A DNA stretch of 64,000 bases from Lingula anatina (taxonomy: Eukaryota; Animalia; Brachiopoda). The number at the start of each line of letters is the position of its first letter. Positions within the stretch are counted from its first letter, which is position 1. The position numbers and the translations under genes were made by a program. The stretch spans positions 32,321,967 to 32,385,966 of the forward strand of contig CM120640.1 of assembly GCA_051362555.1 (NCBI GenBank), read 5' to 3'. This document shows, in pieces, positions 1 through 13,606 of the stretch. Under the pieces are notes generated by a model that made no database searches, was not told the origin of the DNA, and worked only from the letters and a program-made list of their open reading frames with translations.

Positions 1-1475
1 TGCATAAAAGGGGTCTGCTGGAACGTATACGTAGACACCTCTTTTGCACCATCGGTATTAAGTCAACTGTTTATCGACCAATATTTACCTTATTAACATT
101 CGGTACAATCTTCCTTTGCGGTCATTAACCTTAACGAAGCTTTGGCCAATTTATTTGCAGTAAGATACATATCTCTAACAGTGGTCGTGTGGTCAGTGAA
201 TCGCCTAAAAGGCGAGTGAAAATTGGATTACTATATTGCTGGCGGCGTGCAGAATACATCGTCCTTTCTTTATAGATGTGTTAAAAAGTACCATATCTCA
301 GCCAATTTCAAGGGTTGAATGTCCTGTGCATACTGTGCACTGTAACATGAGATATCCATTGCTGATCGCTGGCAGAGACCCGCCCTTCTTGGTCACCAGC
401 CGGGGCCCTATATGTAGGCATGCTCGTTCCCATGGTTGCAGTTCATAGTAGGTTATGTCGGAAATCGAGTTTTATTTAAATGCCATTACGCGCTTGACGT
501 TCAATTCAATCTGATATTAAGGAAGCCAACCTGGCATCAATACCAATGACGACGCCTTTTTTTTTTTTATCTGATCATTTCCTTTTCCCCTGGTTTGCCG
601 GATTTGCGTTCTCGTAGGACAAGGCAAGTAAAGCCAATCAGAGTGAGCTCAGATTTCGTGCATCATTGCATTCGTATGACGCAAGAAACAATATGAAACA
701 AGACTATGGGAAATGCATTGTGTATATAATTAGATGATCCGTCACGTAGGCTTTTATTCACCCCGTTTCTGTTTTTATCTTTTCTGCCTTTTACCCACAG
801 CTTCCATGCCAACGCATTTTTAGCATTATGGAATTGGTAAATTCTTGTCAAACGTGGTAATATGTATTCTCTCTCTCTATTATTTCTTGCAAAGATATGG
901 TAGGTGTATAACTGTATTCATTATACAAGACAATAAACACTTTTTTCCATACCCAGAAAAGAGCTTCTTTTATTATGTTATCCTTCATTTCACCCTATTT
1001 CACATTACTTTATTATTCACCTTAAATATTTGGGAATAAGTAAACATTCTCATTTTGCTGTTGGTAATTCTTCTACCAGTATATATCAAAAGACGATGCA
1101 ATATTAATGATAGCAGGCGACACAAGCTGTTGTATGCGAACTATAGAATAGGTAGTTAATTGGATCAAAATTACGAAGATCTGATCTTGGCGATACTGGT
1201 ACTTAGCGAAATGTGTCTGATAACGACCAACAGTAGGACAGATTTAGATGCCATAAATGTACGCAAACTCTCGAAAGCATTCAAGGATTGATCTAAAGGC
1301 GTTTTATTTTAGAAGACCAAATACCAAAAATAGAATGCTATTGAAAAGATGCAATCTATGTAGGCCCAATTTACACTGCTATTTCTGCTTTGAATAGTGG
1401 GTCATTTTTCAATATTATACTTATCAGACCGACTTATCATGCGATTTCGAAGGTTTCAGCATTCATTTGAGTTGC

Positions 1476-1567
1476 TGTGTGTGTGTGTGTGTGTGTGTGT
1501 GCGTGCGTACGTGCGTGCCTGTTTACATGTTTGTGTGCGTGTGTGTTAGTTGTCTGTGCGTGTGTGT
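1476..1567. repeat. (TG)n microsatellite with degenerate tail
   Basis: Direct inspection. Confidence 0.9.
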
Positions 1568-2614
1568 AATGCAGATGCCCCCCTGCGATTCAGCAAAAGG
1601 AGCCGATTACGCAAACATTCCCTGATGGTGCATGCACAAATCCAAGTCAAATTATTCATCACATTTCATTCGAGGTCCCCCCTTAATTCTCCAAAACCAT
1701 TCCAAATAGATGCTACACATTTTATTATTTTCTGAAGTTAACTTTTTGAAAAGAAGATATCGTTTTTGTCACTTTTACCATCTAGCAACAATGTCTTGTT
1801 TTATGGCACAGAAAGCCCGGATATGACACAGTAAATAGGTCGAAATCATCTACATGTACCTTCTTTGACCATTAGTTTCTTTCAAATGGCATTAATTTCA
1901 AAGAAACACATCTGCTGGCATATACTGCGTATACAGGAACAAGAATGTTTGCTAAGAAACTAGCCTTGGTAAAGTGGAAAGCCTTGGTAAAAAGCTGTTA
2001 TATTTGAACACTTTAAACGTTGATTTTTTTCGTCGTTTCGTCATTTGTGTGGCTATTTTGTTCTTGGACCCATATGAAATAGGTCCAAGTTTTGATTGGT
2101 ATATAGAGGCAATATGTAGCTTTGAAGAATCGGTATTTTAATGCCCGCGTATTCACCCTCTCTAATGTATTAAGTGCGGTTTTCGCATTGCAATGCTATC
2201 AATGAGATAAAACACACTTCCTTCCAAACACGTTAGTTTCTTTTTGTTTTTAATAGCATCTACATGTTAAGTACTTGTCTAGTTGCCATCAACCAGTGTG
2301 TTTGCAGTATTTTCATAATCCTGAAGTATTTACGCGAAAACTCGATCAGTCATTTAAAGTTAAAGCTGCAAGTGGATCTCATATGCGTAATGTCGGTAAC
2401 GATCTTTATATCTCCATAATTGTGTGTACCCTAAATAACCAAATCAAAAGTCAAGCATAATCTTCTCGGTACAGGTATTTAGAACACACCTAACGCGTCT
2501 CTAAATAGCCTAGCTCTACACCTCTGCACTTCTTGTTCGTCGATTTGTCTTGATCTTGTTCAATTGCTTTTGTTTAATCCAATTTTATCTATTATGCGGA
2601 GAAACAGAGTTGTG

Positions 2615-2765
2615 CGGAGAGCCACCTGGTGCAGTGGCAATTCACACTGATGATGTTTGTCTGCCCTCTCGGTACCCTCACTGAAGGTGGCCCGGCGCCT
2701 TCCAGGCAGATACGCTTGCTGTGTATTATTCTATCAAATTTGACTGTCTGCCAGTTGGGATTTTG
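2615..2765 (+). mobile_element. Possible SINE remnant
   Basis: A-box-like tggtgcagtgg at the start and a ctgccagttgggatttt tail reminiscent of invertebrate L2/CR1-dependent SINEs. Based on recognition only. Confidence 0.3.
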
Positions 2766-4557
2766 AGTAAATGAAAGAAGGTTGGGTGTTAACTGGAATG
2801 TACACTAATTGGTACAGTAAAGAACGAATGTTGGCAATCCACTCTGAAAAATACTGTTGAACTAGGTTCATCCGTGCAAAAAGTGGATATAAATGGTTCT
2901 AGACAGATCGGGTTGGCAAGTACAGAGCCAATAGACTGACTGACCCGTGCCAGTTCTCGTACTAATTGACTTATTATTGAGTTTTGCAGGAAATGCAGGG
3001 TGACCTTTTCAATCGTTTATCCAGTCGTTTTATCCAGCTTGGCTTACCGCGTCCAATAGCGTTCTCCTTGCCTTCAGTACTACGTCACTTAAGTTGTATT
3101 GCATATTATGTAATCGCCACTTGAAAATGTAGGAAGAGCATTAAATCTATAACGGAAGGACCTGTGAAGAACGCAGGTTGGTTAAACATTCAATGTTCCA
3201 TTATGCAATACTTGTAGTTGAGGAACGTAAGCGTTTCCTGTATTTCTTCAGCTTTCCAAGGTGGCGTTAGCGATGATGTGCCATGTTTCATAGCATAAAA
3301 CCGCCAAAATTCTATTTTCGAAGGGGTGGAATAAATACATGTAAATGTCGAAATGTGCGAGAGTATCACGATCTACATGTATTTTGTATTAATTGGAAAA
3401 TGGACCGAGGTGGCAGCAATTTAATTCTCGGTTTCATATGTCCATAGGTCCAGTTACACACAACCGGTGGTTGGATGGGCATATATGGCTAATAAGAAAA
3501 TGAAAAAAAAAAAAAAATTAAAAATAAAACATAACCATCTACGATCTTTCTGATGCATGTACTCGCGAAGTTGGCGTTCAGTGTACATGTAGGTTCACTT
3601 AATTGCGCCCCCCCTCCCCCAACCACCACCAACCGAATCCTCCACACGTTCCTTAGACATCTGTTACCCAGTCAACAAGACAAAACTCAATATTAGTCAT
3701 AAATATTTATAGGAATACACGATCACATTAAATGATAGTGAAATAAGGGACAGCAAGCTATTTAATTAGTGCACCTTGTAACTGCCTTGAGCTGTTTGGT
3801 TCTGCATCTTAGCCAGTATGCGGGGTATACACTGAATAGGGATGTAAAGAAGAATAAGTACAAAAGCATTTACAGAAATAGAACTAGATATTGTCATATC
3901 AAAGTAAGGCAAACATGCTATAGACATTTGTCGAGTCCTGGAATGTGATACTGTAGGTAAGCGGATGTTGTTTTTTATTTCACAAAGAAGAGAAAAGAAT
4001 GATGATTGATAAGCCGAAAATGAAAAATGCATAATGCCTTATCGATTTTCAAGAACTATAAAACACAATTTTCTTTTCCTTCGAGGATTTCCAGAGGTAT
4101 TTGTTTCAAGCCATTAATTAGGACTCTTTTTAAAAATCTCCTGGAGATCACCGATTTTTTGGTTTCACCCAGACAACCTCAAGATGCCAGAGATTTCTAA
4201 CTTTGCCTTATTTACCGTCTGAAACCATATAACAATAAGCGGGACTTTTGGAAGGTATGCATGGAAGTGATCATTTTCCAAAGAGTTGCTGTAATTTACA
4301 AAGAGCACTAGCATTTCATTGCATCGAATTCATCAAATTCGCCATCCATATAATTTTCTCATAATATTACTAAAAACAATAAGCAAATTAATACAATTAT
4401 ATTTAAAACTATCTTTGCATTCTAGTTTACTACATATGATAATATAGAACCCATGGAATTTTTATTAAACCCTACAAAGGTCCAGCAAATTTCTTGAAAC
4501 TTCAGTCTGTGTTCAATCATAAGCTATCAAAGCTATCTTGGTCACTCTGCATAAAAT

Positions 4558-4990
4558 CATGTTATTTCCAAAATATGCTACAAATGGCCTCCGCGATATT
4601 GGAAGCGCACTAGCATACTTTTCGCAAATTGTCCATTACTGTCAATTAAACACATTCCTATCTGAGGATTCCCCTGATTTTCGCTGTGATTTTTGCCTTC
4701 AGTACACCAATCGATGAGATTTGTTCTGGAACACATTATTCTTGAGATAACCCCACATACAAAAATCCGAGGGGTTCAAGTCCGGTGCACGTGAAAGCGG
4801 TGTCCACTCAACGCCACCTGCTGATCAGTCTCTCGTGAAATCGCTCTCTCAGTCACTCTAAAGACACTTTTGATGAGTTGGGGTGGCCATATATTTCTGG
4901 AACCACTGTCAATCTCGATCTATCCCTCTGCGTCGTTCAAGTTCCTCAGCATCGCATTTCGGAGTATCAGTCATTATTTTCCTGGAGGTT
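4558..4990 (-). mobile_element. Degenerate Tc1/mariner-superfamily transposase C-terminal relic, DDxD (maT/rosa-like) type
   Basis: Minus-strand translation with frameshifts gives WFQ..., PDLNPSDFCMWGYLKNNVF (third catalytic residue D) and terminal RGGHL*HIL. Confidence 0.8.
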
Positions 4991-6216
4991 ATGCATTTTT
5001 TGTACAATGCTTATTTTTTCACAAATTTGCATTTTCAAGATGTAACTTATTTTGCTATGAAACTTCCAGAACTAATTCATGGGACTAAAATAGTATTGCA
5101 AAATTTCAAAATTAACCTTCTTTGTGCATCTTTATTTTCAGCTTTTTACCTGTACGATTGGCAGCTTTGCTGCTTGTTTTATATCTGCGTAGCTTCCCTA
5201 CGCTATTTTTGTTGACTCCCCCAACCCCCTTCAAAATCAACAAAATCGTGCAGCAACAAAATCGTAATATGCTGGACTGAGACAAATTTCCAAACAAGTA
5301 TTCATATATGTACGTTTATCAATCAAGAAAATCATTCAAAATCCACTACTTTTTATGTAGTGTTTCGAATATAATATGGGACAGAGACCACTTACAGATA
5401 AACTAATTAAAAATATATTAGCGTGTCACCAGAGGACATACGAAGCACTGTTCCATCTTAATATTCTGGACAAGATTAATGTGTAGAATGATTTCTTGTT
5501 GACGTCATTGATGGGTTCATATATTGGGTCCATTTTCTCTTTAAACTTCACTCGGTTGAAATTGTATAAGCTTTTCTTATTTGATCTGATTTGGCACGGA
5601 AATGGTCGATTAGCACTATATGCTCAAAAAGAACACGTTTGCTATCAATAATGTTACATGCCACCATTACACTATATGAAAGTAACGATATATAGAAAAA
5701 AAAACATTTCCGTTTTCATGAAACACAGGGCTCCATCTTTGTTGAAGGAACCTCATAAAAAGCCAAACAGATGTGTCCAATGCGATTGTTTCCAACGACC
5801 ATAGCTATTAATCTTCGTTCATTTCCAAACTGTCTACCTCAAGGGGCAGATCAAAAGGATGGAGTTAATGATTTTATTTCAATTAATTCTGCTTTTTTAA
5901 CAAAATGACGATAAATTGCTGTCTAATAATCGCGCATTTAATGATTATTAATGTGGCCATTTTGATCAGATTTAGTGATTATCTTATTAAGCCCCTTTTA
6001 CACTATTGCAATCATGGAATAATAAAACGTAGTTTATAGATTTTGTGTGAATGTTACACTGCGAATAGCCTTTCGTGAACGAATAAGCCAGAAAAAAATA
6101 ATGAAGAAAGTTGCATTAGACACAGAAAGTATGGAAAGAGATAATGGCATGAAATGATTGCGAGTCCACAACTTTCAGTTAAATTCCTTCAAGAGAGAGA
6201 GACAGAGACAATGATA

Positions 6217-6471
6217 GACTGGGTTCCCATCCCTAGATCGATCTTCAGGATCGGTCCATCTCCACGGGTTTCTCGTTAAATTGCTTTCAACTTAAGTGGC
6301 TTAGATGTGTGGGACACCTACTAAAGCTGCTAAGCGATAGTATCTTACCCCCTGTCAGCTTCAGTAGGCGTGACAGACACACAAGCCGCTTAAGTTTATT
6401 GCAATTAAACTAGAATCCCCTTGGAGATAGTTCGATCCAAAGTAAGTACGATAGTCTCTGGGAATGGTCTC
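6217..6471. mobile_element. Palindromic MITE, longer and more diverged relative of the 12296 and 57586 elements
   Basis: Ends gactgggttccca...tgggaatggtctc flanked by ATA on both sides. Internal inverted arms cttaagtggctt...cctactaaagctg / cagcttcagtagg...aagccgcttaag. Shares tagatcgatc and ttaccccct..cagctt..agtaggcg with the other two copies. Confidence 0.7.
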
Positions 6472-6868
6472 ATAGAGCAGGATCATATACGTTCAGGACC
6501 GGGAGCGACGTTAGCACAGAAAGTCGCCAAATGATCGGCGACTGCATTTGTTAGTAAATAGGATTGTTTAAAATGACAGGTTGACAAACAAATCAATGCA
6601 ATGGATTATTGCAAGCATACCACCTGTTACTTTATAGTTGAAGTCATAGCTGCAAAGAATGCCTTTACGATGTTCCGCCTTATATCTCATTGTGTACTTA
6701 TATAATTAGGCATAGATTAATAATGTTTAACCTATATTTCTCTAACGGTTGGTTGCCAGTAAAGATTTAATTGTAACATAATTATATACTTATAACAAAA
6801 CCAGCTGAATTGTACTCAGATTCGGATCAGATTTTAAATTTTAAAGGGGAACAGGTAGTGACGTAAAC

Positions 6869-6902
<34 letters not shown>

Positions 6903-7594
6903 AGAACGACTTCTTTGAATACGGATGCTTTACACTTTTGTTTTGACAAGCTGAGAACAGCAATTGATTTGTTCTAGATCTGATGCCTACACATTTGAAC
7001 TGATTTAGAGCCGTTCATCTCTCTCAGAGAATAACATGCCGCTATTCTGAAATGCGTCAGCACCGGTCTGAAATAAGAAACAACCATGATTATTTTTCAA
7101 TACTGAAAATGGCGAATTCGCAATGTCAGTAATGGATTTCACTGGAGCAATAATGATCAATTTATAGAGCGATCGTAATATCTTTAGATCAAAGAAAAAT
7201 CCAGCAGTAATCTTCCCGACTAAATTGTTGGTTCTAGATGCGATACCTTGTACACACGTGGCATAACCGTGCGTTACCTGGTTGTCATCTTTTCTTCTGG
7301 TCCAATAATAAGATTAAATGGTCAAACCCTTATGATTCTGTTGTAAATATCCTCTTTTCGCTGGGAGTTGTTTGCTTCTAATTAGTTACACTTAATTGTC
7401 ACGGGAAGTTATTTAATATATTTGGTCTCACAGGAGTGTTTATACTAATTGAGAGATATGCATCTTTATGATTAAGCTATAACGATTTGTTCATTACTTG
7501 CAATAAGGACAGGCCGGCATCCTAGTGTGTGGACGTACTAGCCTCTACAGTTTGTGGCAATGGAATTGCTCAGCGTGCGGTAAAGTATTTTTTG

Positions 7595-7596
<2 letters not shown>

Positions 7597-7676
<80 letters not shown>
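7597..7676. repeat. (AT)40 microsatellite
   Basis: Direct inspection. Confidence 0.95.
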
Positions 7677-7680
<4 letters not shown>

Positions 7681-10600
7681 AAGTACCATTTATTTCTATA
7701 AATATAATATATATATAAACGTATTAAAGGCGTGGTTTTATAAGAATGTGATTACATATAATTTGAGCAAGCTTTCAAAGTGAGTTTTTGCATTTCACCC
7801 ACCAACAAAGAGGATGGACTTAGACATACAGATACACCCCCAGATAACGATGAGTCCCGGATCACCTCCGACCTGTCACTGTGGTATACTGAACCTTAAA
7901 TGACAGCCGTTTGTGTCAGCTTCTTAGAACCAGTAGCGCCAATTACGCTTTTCCTCTTGCTCTTTGCGAGACGTTTGGCCTTATCTTTTAATTTGGCACT
8001 AAATCAAAGGCGTACAATCAGAAAAAATATGTAATTCATGACCAATTACCAGCGACGATTCTTCATCAGTCAAAGGTTTTCAATTTCCGTTTTTTCTTGA
8101 GGTTGAGCAATTTGCGCTGTGATTAGAACTAATTCCAGCAAAACTTTATCAAATGCTCATTCATCAATTGGATTATCAGGACGAGAGAGAAAGGGCAGTT
8201 CGAAAGAACCAATAGAATGTTTTTAAGATGGAACATTATGCTCGAGTCAGACACTTGGGGCAGGCAGTGACTGATAAATGTATTTATTTGAGGTGAGGGA
8301 TTTTGTGTCAGTTTTGACCGTTTTGGCATCGGCACATAATTATGAAAACAGATTCTGAAAATTTTAGGATATCGAGACGAAATACGAAAGAATGATGCCA
8401 TTCTGACTTTCGATAATTTCCAAACGACTTGTCTAGCTCGCTTTAAAGATCATCCGTACGGATGTCGATTATCCATAACAGTTGCAGCACTTTGAGTAGT
8501 CTAAAGCAGCCGCTGAAGAAGGTAGGTGTGAGACAGTCAAGGCAGACATTGAGTGTGATAGCGTGTTTGTGGCTGTGCATGCTTGCGTTTGTGTCTGTTG
8601 TCGCGCCCGTGCGTGTGTACTTTTTAACATATGTTGGATAAAGAGATACTGGGGAGGATGTTAGTAATTTGACATTGGTAAAAATCACTCAGTTGCCAAC
8701 CGAAAGGTTCTTATACCACTCATAAATTGCAGTAAAAAAACAGATGTTCGTGTTCTTGTCTTGAGTAGGGCCTATTATGATCGTTATTCAGATACCGTTT
8801 GATTTTGAAAACAGTACAGATTAAATGTTTCTATCCGTTCGTTTAGCGAATAATCTTAAACCGATATTGAAGAAAGTGGAAACAAAGCTAGAACTGCACA
8901 GAAAAGCTGAACAGATGCCATCGAATGCAAAGCGAATTTATTGAGCGTAAATGATTGTAGAATAATTTACCTCCTTTGCAAATAAGGCGACTTGATAGAA
9001 ACATGAGTGATATTTCACAAAGCATTTTGAGTGTGCCCAAAAGTCAAGTCATCTAGATTTACCGTAATTGACATAGTTTGAACCCTGAATTCTCAGAATA
9101 TTTTTGTCTAATAACTGCAGTTTTATTGACATTTTTTCCGGAGTTCCTTTTAACTATCCATCAAAAGAAAGATAATCGAAGTAATTGCAGATTTAATATA
9201 AAATGTGCCCTGTTTTTTTTTTCCTTTGTGAGCGGTGAGCAGTTTTAATATGCCGACTTACATATCAGATACTGCAGGCCTCAGATCAAATTGACCATGC
9301 ACCAAGTTTTCTACAACGTTGAACGTTTTGTTTCATCATTTTGTCATGTACAAACATCTGGTTTTCGACTTTCAAAATTACACGCGAAAATAGATAGTTT
9401 CATTTGTTAACTTGCTTGAGCCAAAATTTAAAGGAATGCGACAGTTAGCCTAATTAAGAACGTCAACGTAGACGGTAATCAGTAAGAATATGCGATATTA
9501 TCAGCTGGTAACATACAAGTACGGCGTCATAAGTCTATCCATCATGTGCCTTCATTTTACATTATTCATAACATAAAATGACTTGGCTGCATTTGATTGC
9601 AAAAGGTGAAGTACGACAAGGGTTTGGTTTTCCTAGACAGCCGACATCAAGACATTCAAAGTTCCAGGACAAGTGTAATAGGAATTCATATTGAAATGGT
9701 TCAAATATGGGGCGTATGTGTAGTAGATTTGGTCAAAGGAAAATTTTACATAAACGAAAAACGTAAAGCACATTCTTCAACATCTTCGACTCTCACAGCT
9801 ATAATATATTAATTCAGTTGTAGAAAATAGCACTGCCTGCTGCGCAATTCAATATCAACAATGATGTATGCTTTTTTCTTCCTATTGTAAGGAATTACGC
9901 TGTGCAAAACGGATATGAAGGTTATTCTTATACAGACATTATACCATTTGAGATTATTGGTCTTTTATGGAATGTGTTTTTCTGAAAATTTTGTTTGGGA
10001 TCACCGGACTTGTTTTTGAGGAAGCTTGCTTCCTGTGCCACGTGACACCACATGGGTTCTTCCGGTTCCAGTGTAATGAATCTTGGCTAGAGAGTGTATT
10101 ACGTACTGTTATGTTACATTAACTGATGAGTGTTGAAGTAAGTAAAATCGTTACTCGTAGGCCTCGGTCAATATTATTGCTCAAATAGTTTGGAACAGAG
10201 TCCCATACGATGGAAAAGAAGCAATGAATTATGCTATTCTATTTTGCTTTCATAACTTGAAACAGGACTACAGCAAATTATATTTGCGCAGTGCATTCGA
10301 TGTTTTATACGTTAGTCATTCTTATTTCAGGAAACTGTAACATGGGAACCAAGCCTTTTTTGCGTCACATTTAAGACTGATCTAAACAAATCTTATCGAC
10401 CTTTTACATCCAAACCTCATTTTTTCTTTGTATTCATGTTAACAGAGATTAAGTTACACGTGCTTCACTAGACCTACATAAAGTAAAATCACTGTTTCTC
10501 TTTGTCATACCTTATGTCTATTCTAAAACAATCAATATAGTTATTTGACATACGAAATGGGCTCTTATCTTAAGAGCAAAACACCTGTTTGGAAAATCAG

Positions 10601-11174
10601 TAAAAAAGAAATTGAAGTGATGAAATCTAAAAAGCACACATATGTATACAATGTGCAATGTGCAGGGAGCCTGTGGCTAAACGCCTGCAAATTACAAAAC
10701 GTTTAATTAAGACAGATTAAAGCTACTGACCGCCTTAACTGACAACTTAACTGGCCGGCCACCCAGCCCTTACGATATTTTAGTTATGAAGCATGGGGAG
10801 GTGTGATTTTTCCAAAGCTTAAATAGCAAAAAAGGTAACTGAAAGAAAGTTATTCAACAGAGCATATGAACTGAAAAGCAAGTGTTACATTTTAAATGAT
10901 ATTAGAATGGTTACTGAAAAAGATATATATATATTTATCAAATATAAATTTCATAAGATGTATATATATTTCCTCTTCCTCCTCCTCCTCCTACTGCTAC
11001 TAATACTTCATTGCGTTCAGCTAATTTGGAGGGTCAAATATGGCGACCCACTATAAAGCGTGCCGTCTAATCCGCTAATAGACACTAAATAGATATTCCG
11101 TGGGGAAGTATTTAAGTGGGTGGGCCATATTTGATGCTCGGACTAGTTAGTCCCCTATTCTGAATGGGGCCTTG

Positions 11175-11342
11175 CAGGGGCGGATTTAGGGCGTCTTCTG
11201 GGTCTTCCGGAAGACGGTCAGATTTTCAAGTTTACATTGACGGGTATCTAATTTTTTCTGTCGGAAGACGGTCAAAAATGGGGGATGGATCAACAAAGAT
11301 AATTTGGAAGACTGTCAGAAAATAACTCTGGATCCGCCCCTG
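11175..11342. mobile_element. hAT-like MITE (168 bp)
   Basis: TIRs CAGGGGCGGAT / ATCCGCCCCTG, three internal GGAAGAC(G/T)GTCA repeats, flanked by CTTG on both sides. Confidence 0.8.
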
Positions 11343-11846
11343 CTTGGAGTCTTGACTTCTTTTCTCACGGGCCTTCCCACCTGTTCATCCATATGCTGGT
11401 GCTGGTAGGCCTTTCTGGATCACGTGTTACACAGTCGACTTTTACCGCTGAAATGGTATGTTACATTTGCAGTTTGTAAATGTAATTTTATTTACTTATT
11501 TCTAGAAATTACAAGCTCATTTGGAGTTGTATTCGAAAAAAAAACCCGTCAGCAGCAAGAAAAAAGAGAAAAAAAGGGACATAATTTAACAACAGTAACC
11601 AGAAAAGAAAAAAATTAAAATACTGGACAAGGAAAAAAGTTACTCCCACTGTAAAATTCTTGAAGCTTTTAACATCAGGCTACATGAGACAAAACTCAAT
11701 AAAAATGATGGGACTGAGTTATCCAGCTTCTATCTTCCACTCCTCAGCGAGGGATGAGAGGGGTGGGGGCAAAATATAGGCTGGTAAATCTCAGTTCATT
11801 GACAAGTGAAACTTAATTTGTTTATGAATAGACCCTGTTTATTTAG

Positions 11847-11965
11847 ATTGTTTGAGGACGTGAAAGTGGTAATTGCGAGAAGAAATCTGAAAGAATTGCA
11901 CATAATTGCAACGATATATTAACATTTGAATGCATGTATGAAATGTGGGGTCAAGCTAGCTGAAG
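11847..11965 (+). other. Candidate non-coding 5' UTR exon, possibly of GPCR paralog 1
   Basis: Acceptor ccctgtttatttag| at 11846 and consensus donor AAG|GTGAGT at 11965. Splice signals are the only evidence. Confidence 0.25.
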
Positions 11966-12295
11966 GTGAGTTAGTTCTGAGATACGGGATACGTAAAAAA
12001 TTATATTAATACTTTACCAGATAAGTTAAAGATTCTGTAAGCCCCGTCAGAAAATTAAGCAAGTAGCTGGATCGTGTATTCACAAGGAGGGTATAGTTAT
12101 TCATATGAGAAAGGAGCATTTGTTCATAGCTGATCGTTTACGTATACATAGGTTGTCAAGAAAAGTGAGGAAAGTGAAGTCTAACGAGGGTAAATTGAAA
12201 ATGCAAAGTAACCGATTGTTAGTGACGAGAAGTGACAGGTACGAAAGCTATCATTTCTGAAGATTTGTTTCATTATTACCCTGGCCAGAGTATAA

Positions 12296-12509
12296 GACCC
12301 CATTCCCAGAGATTAGATCGATCCACCTAGATCGACCTAACTCCCTGGGGGTTCACGCTAAATAGCTGTCAGCCGAGCGGGCACAAAAGTTATTTACCCC
12401 CTTACAGCTTGTAGTAGGCGGGACGGACATTCAAGCCGGATTATCTGACAGTAATCTAGTGAGACTCCCCACGGGGATAGATCGATCTAAAATCTATGGG
12501 AATGCACCC
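12296..12509. mobile_element. Palindromic MITE with TAA TSD (PIF/Harbinger-like), copy 1
   Basis: TAA|GACCCCATTCCCAGAGATTAGATCGATC ... GATCGATCTAAAATCTATGGGAATGCACCC|TAA. Closely similar to 57586-57800. Confidence 0.85.
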
Positions 12510-13376
12510 TAAGAGACAGAAGCAGTGGCGATTTACGTGGCTAAAGGCGACAAAGGCATTGCGACCACACCGAGAAATAGATAGAGATATCTATCTATTT
12601 AGACTTCACTACATGTACTAGGCGATAAATGTGGAAGGGGACGATTAAACAGGCGGCGTAGGTGTTGAAAAGATACCAACAAGTAATGCTTTCTTTATTC
12701 GAGAACGGGTTAGCCGTACTGCTTGCCGAAGTAAGGGCAGATTTCAAATGTACTGTCAGATAATTTTACCATGCAAAATGTCTTTTTATTGATTGCTGTC
12801 CAATAATAGTCGATCACGAATCTGTTGCATGTTGTATACAATAACATTTATGTTATCACATAACAACCATTTCGTGTTTGTGGAAAGCCCAGACATACAC
12901 ATATCCTTGTGTCAGCTGTACTAACGCATCTGTAGTGTTAGATAAATAAGTCACTTTCCGAATACATTGTTATGCTTATGTTTTTCACCATAATTGGCCT
13001 TGTGTTTAATCTGAAGCCACTCGATCAGATAATTGTGGTCAACGGTCTTAAAGCCTGACAAGTGACTGCAAAATGAAGGGATATTCGAGAAGAGCCCAAG
13101 TTTTGTCGCGCCGGAAATTAAATAGAGAGAAGGCCTTGTTAGGCTACTTTAAGCAGGTGTGTTGATCTAGGTAAATGTAATGCTGGAACGTACTTAAGCT
13201 CTGATAAACTCCCAGTAGGTTAAGCGAACATAATTTAGTCACCAAAGTCTTCTGCTATATGTATGTAGGTGTTGTCTCTTTCTGCTGCCAGCAAGTCGAT
13301 TTTACATACAGGAATATTTACAATGTGCAGTGTACTGTATATTGCGTTTGGATGTAAGGTTGCATTCAGAAAGATA

Positions 13377-13606
13377 ATCCGCGGACTAAATATTGTCAGC
13401 CCCACTTAAAAGCAAGCCGCCTTATTCCCTGGTGGCCTCCCCGCCTCCACACGCGCCATTAAACGAATGAAATTTCGGCTGCGAGGTTTATTGCTAGGCC
13501 CTTGCAATGATGGCGCGTGTGAAGGCGGTGAGACCACTAGATGATTAGTCGACATTGCTTTAAGTGAGTCGGCCATATTTGATCCACGATCTGTTAGTCC
13601 GCGGAT
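13377..13606. mobile_element. Hairpin/foldback MITE-like element
   Basis: Perfect 13-bp IR ATCCGCGGACTAA/TTAGTCCGCGGAT plus long internal inverted arms (ccgcctccacacgcgccat / atggcgcgtgtgaaggcgg). No clear TSD. Confidence 0.7.

Noticed and set aside
7529-7783. ORF with a (YI)n repeat, and similar (HT)n, (RE)n and (LS)n ORFs at 23705, 46467 and 62733
   Set aside because: They are translations of dinucleotide microsatellites.
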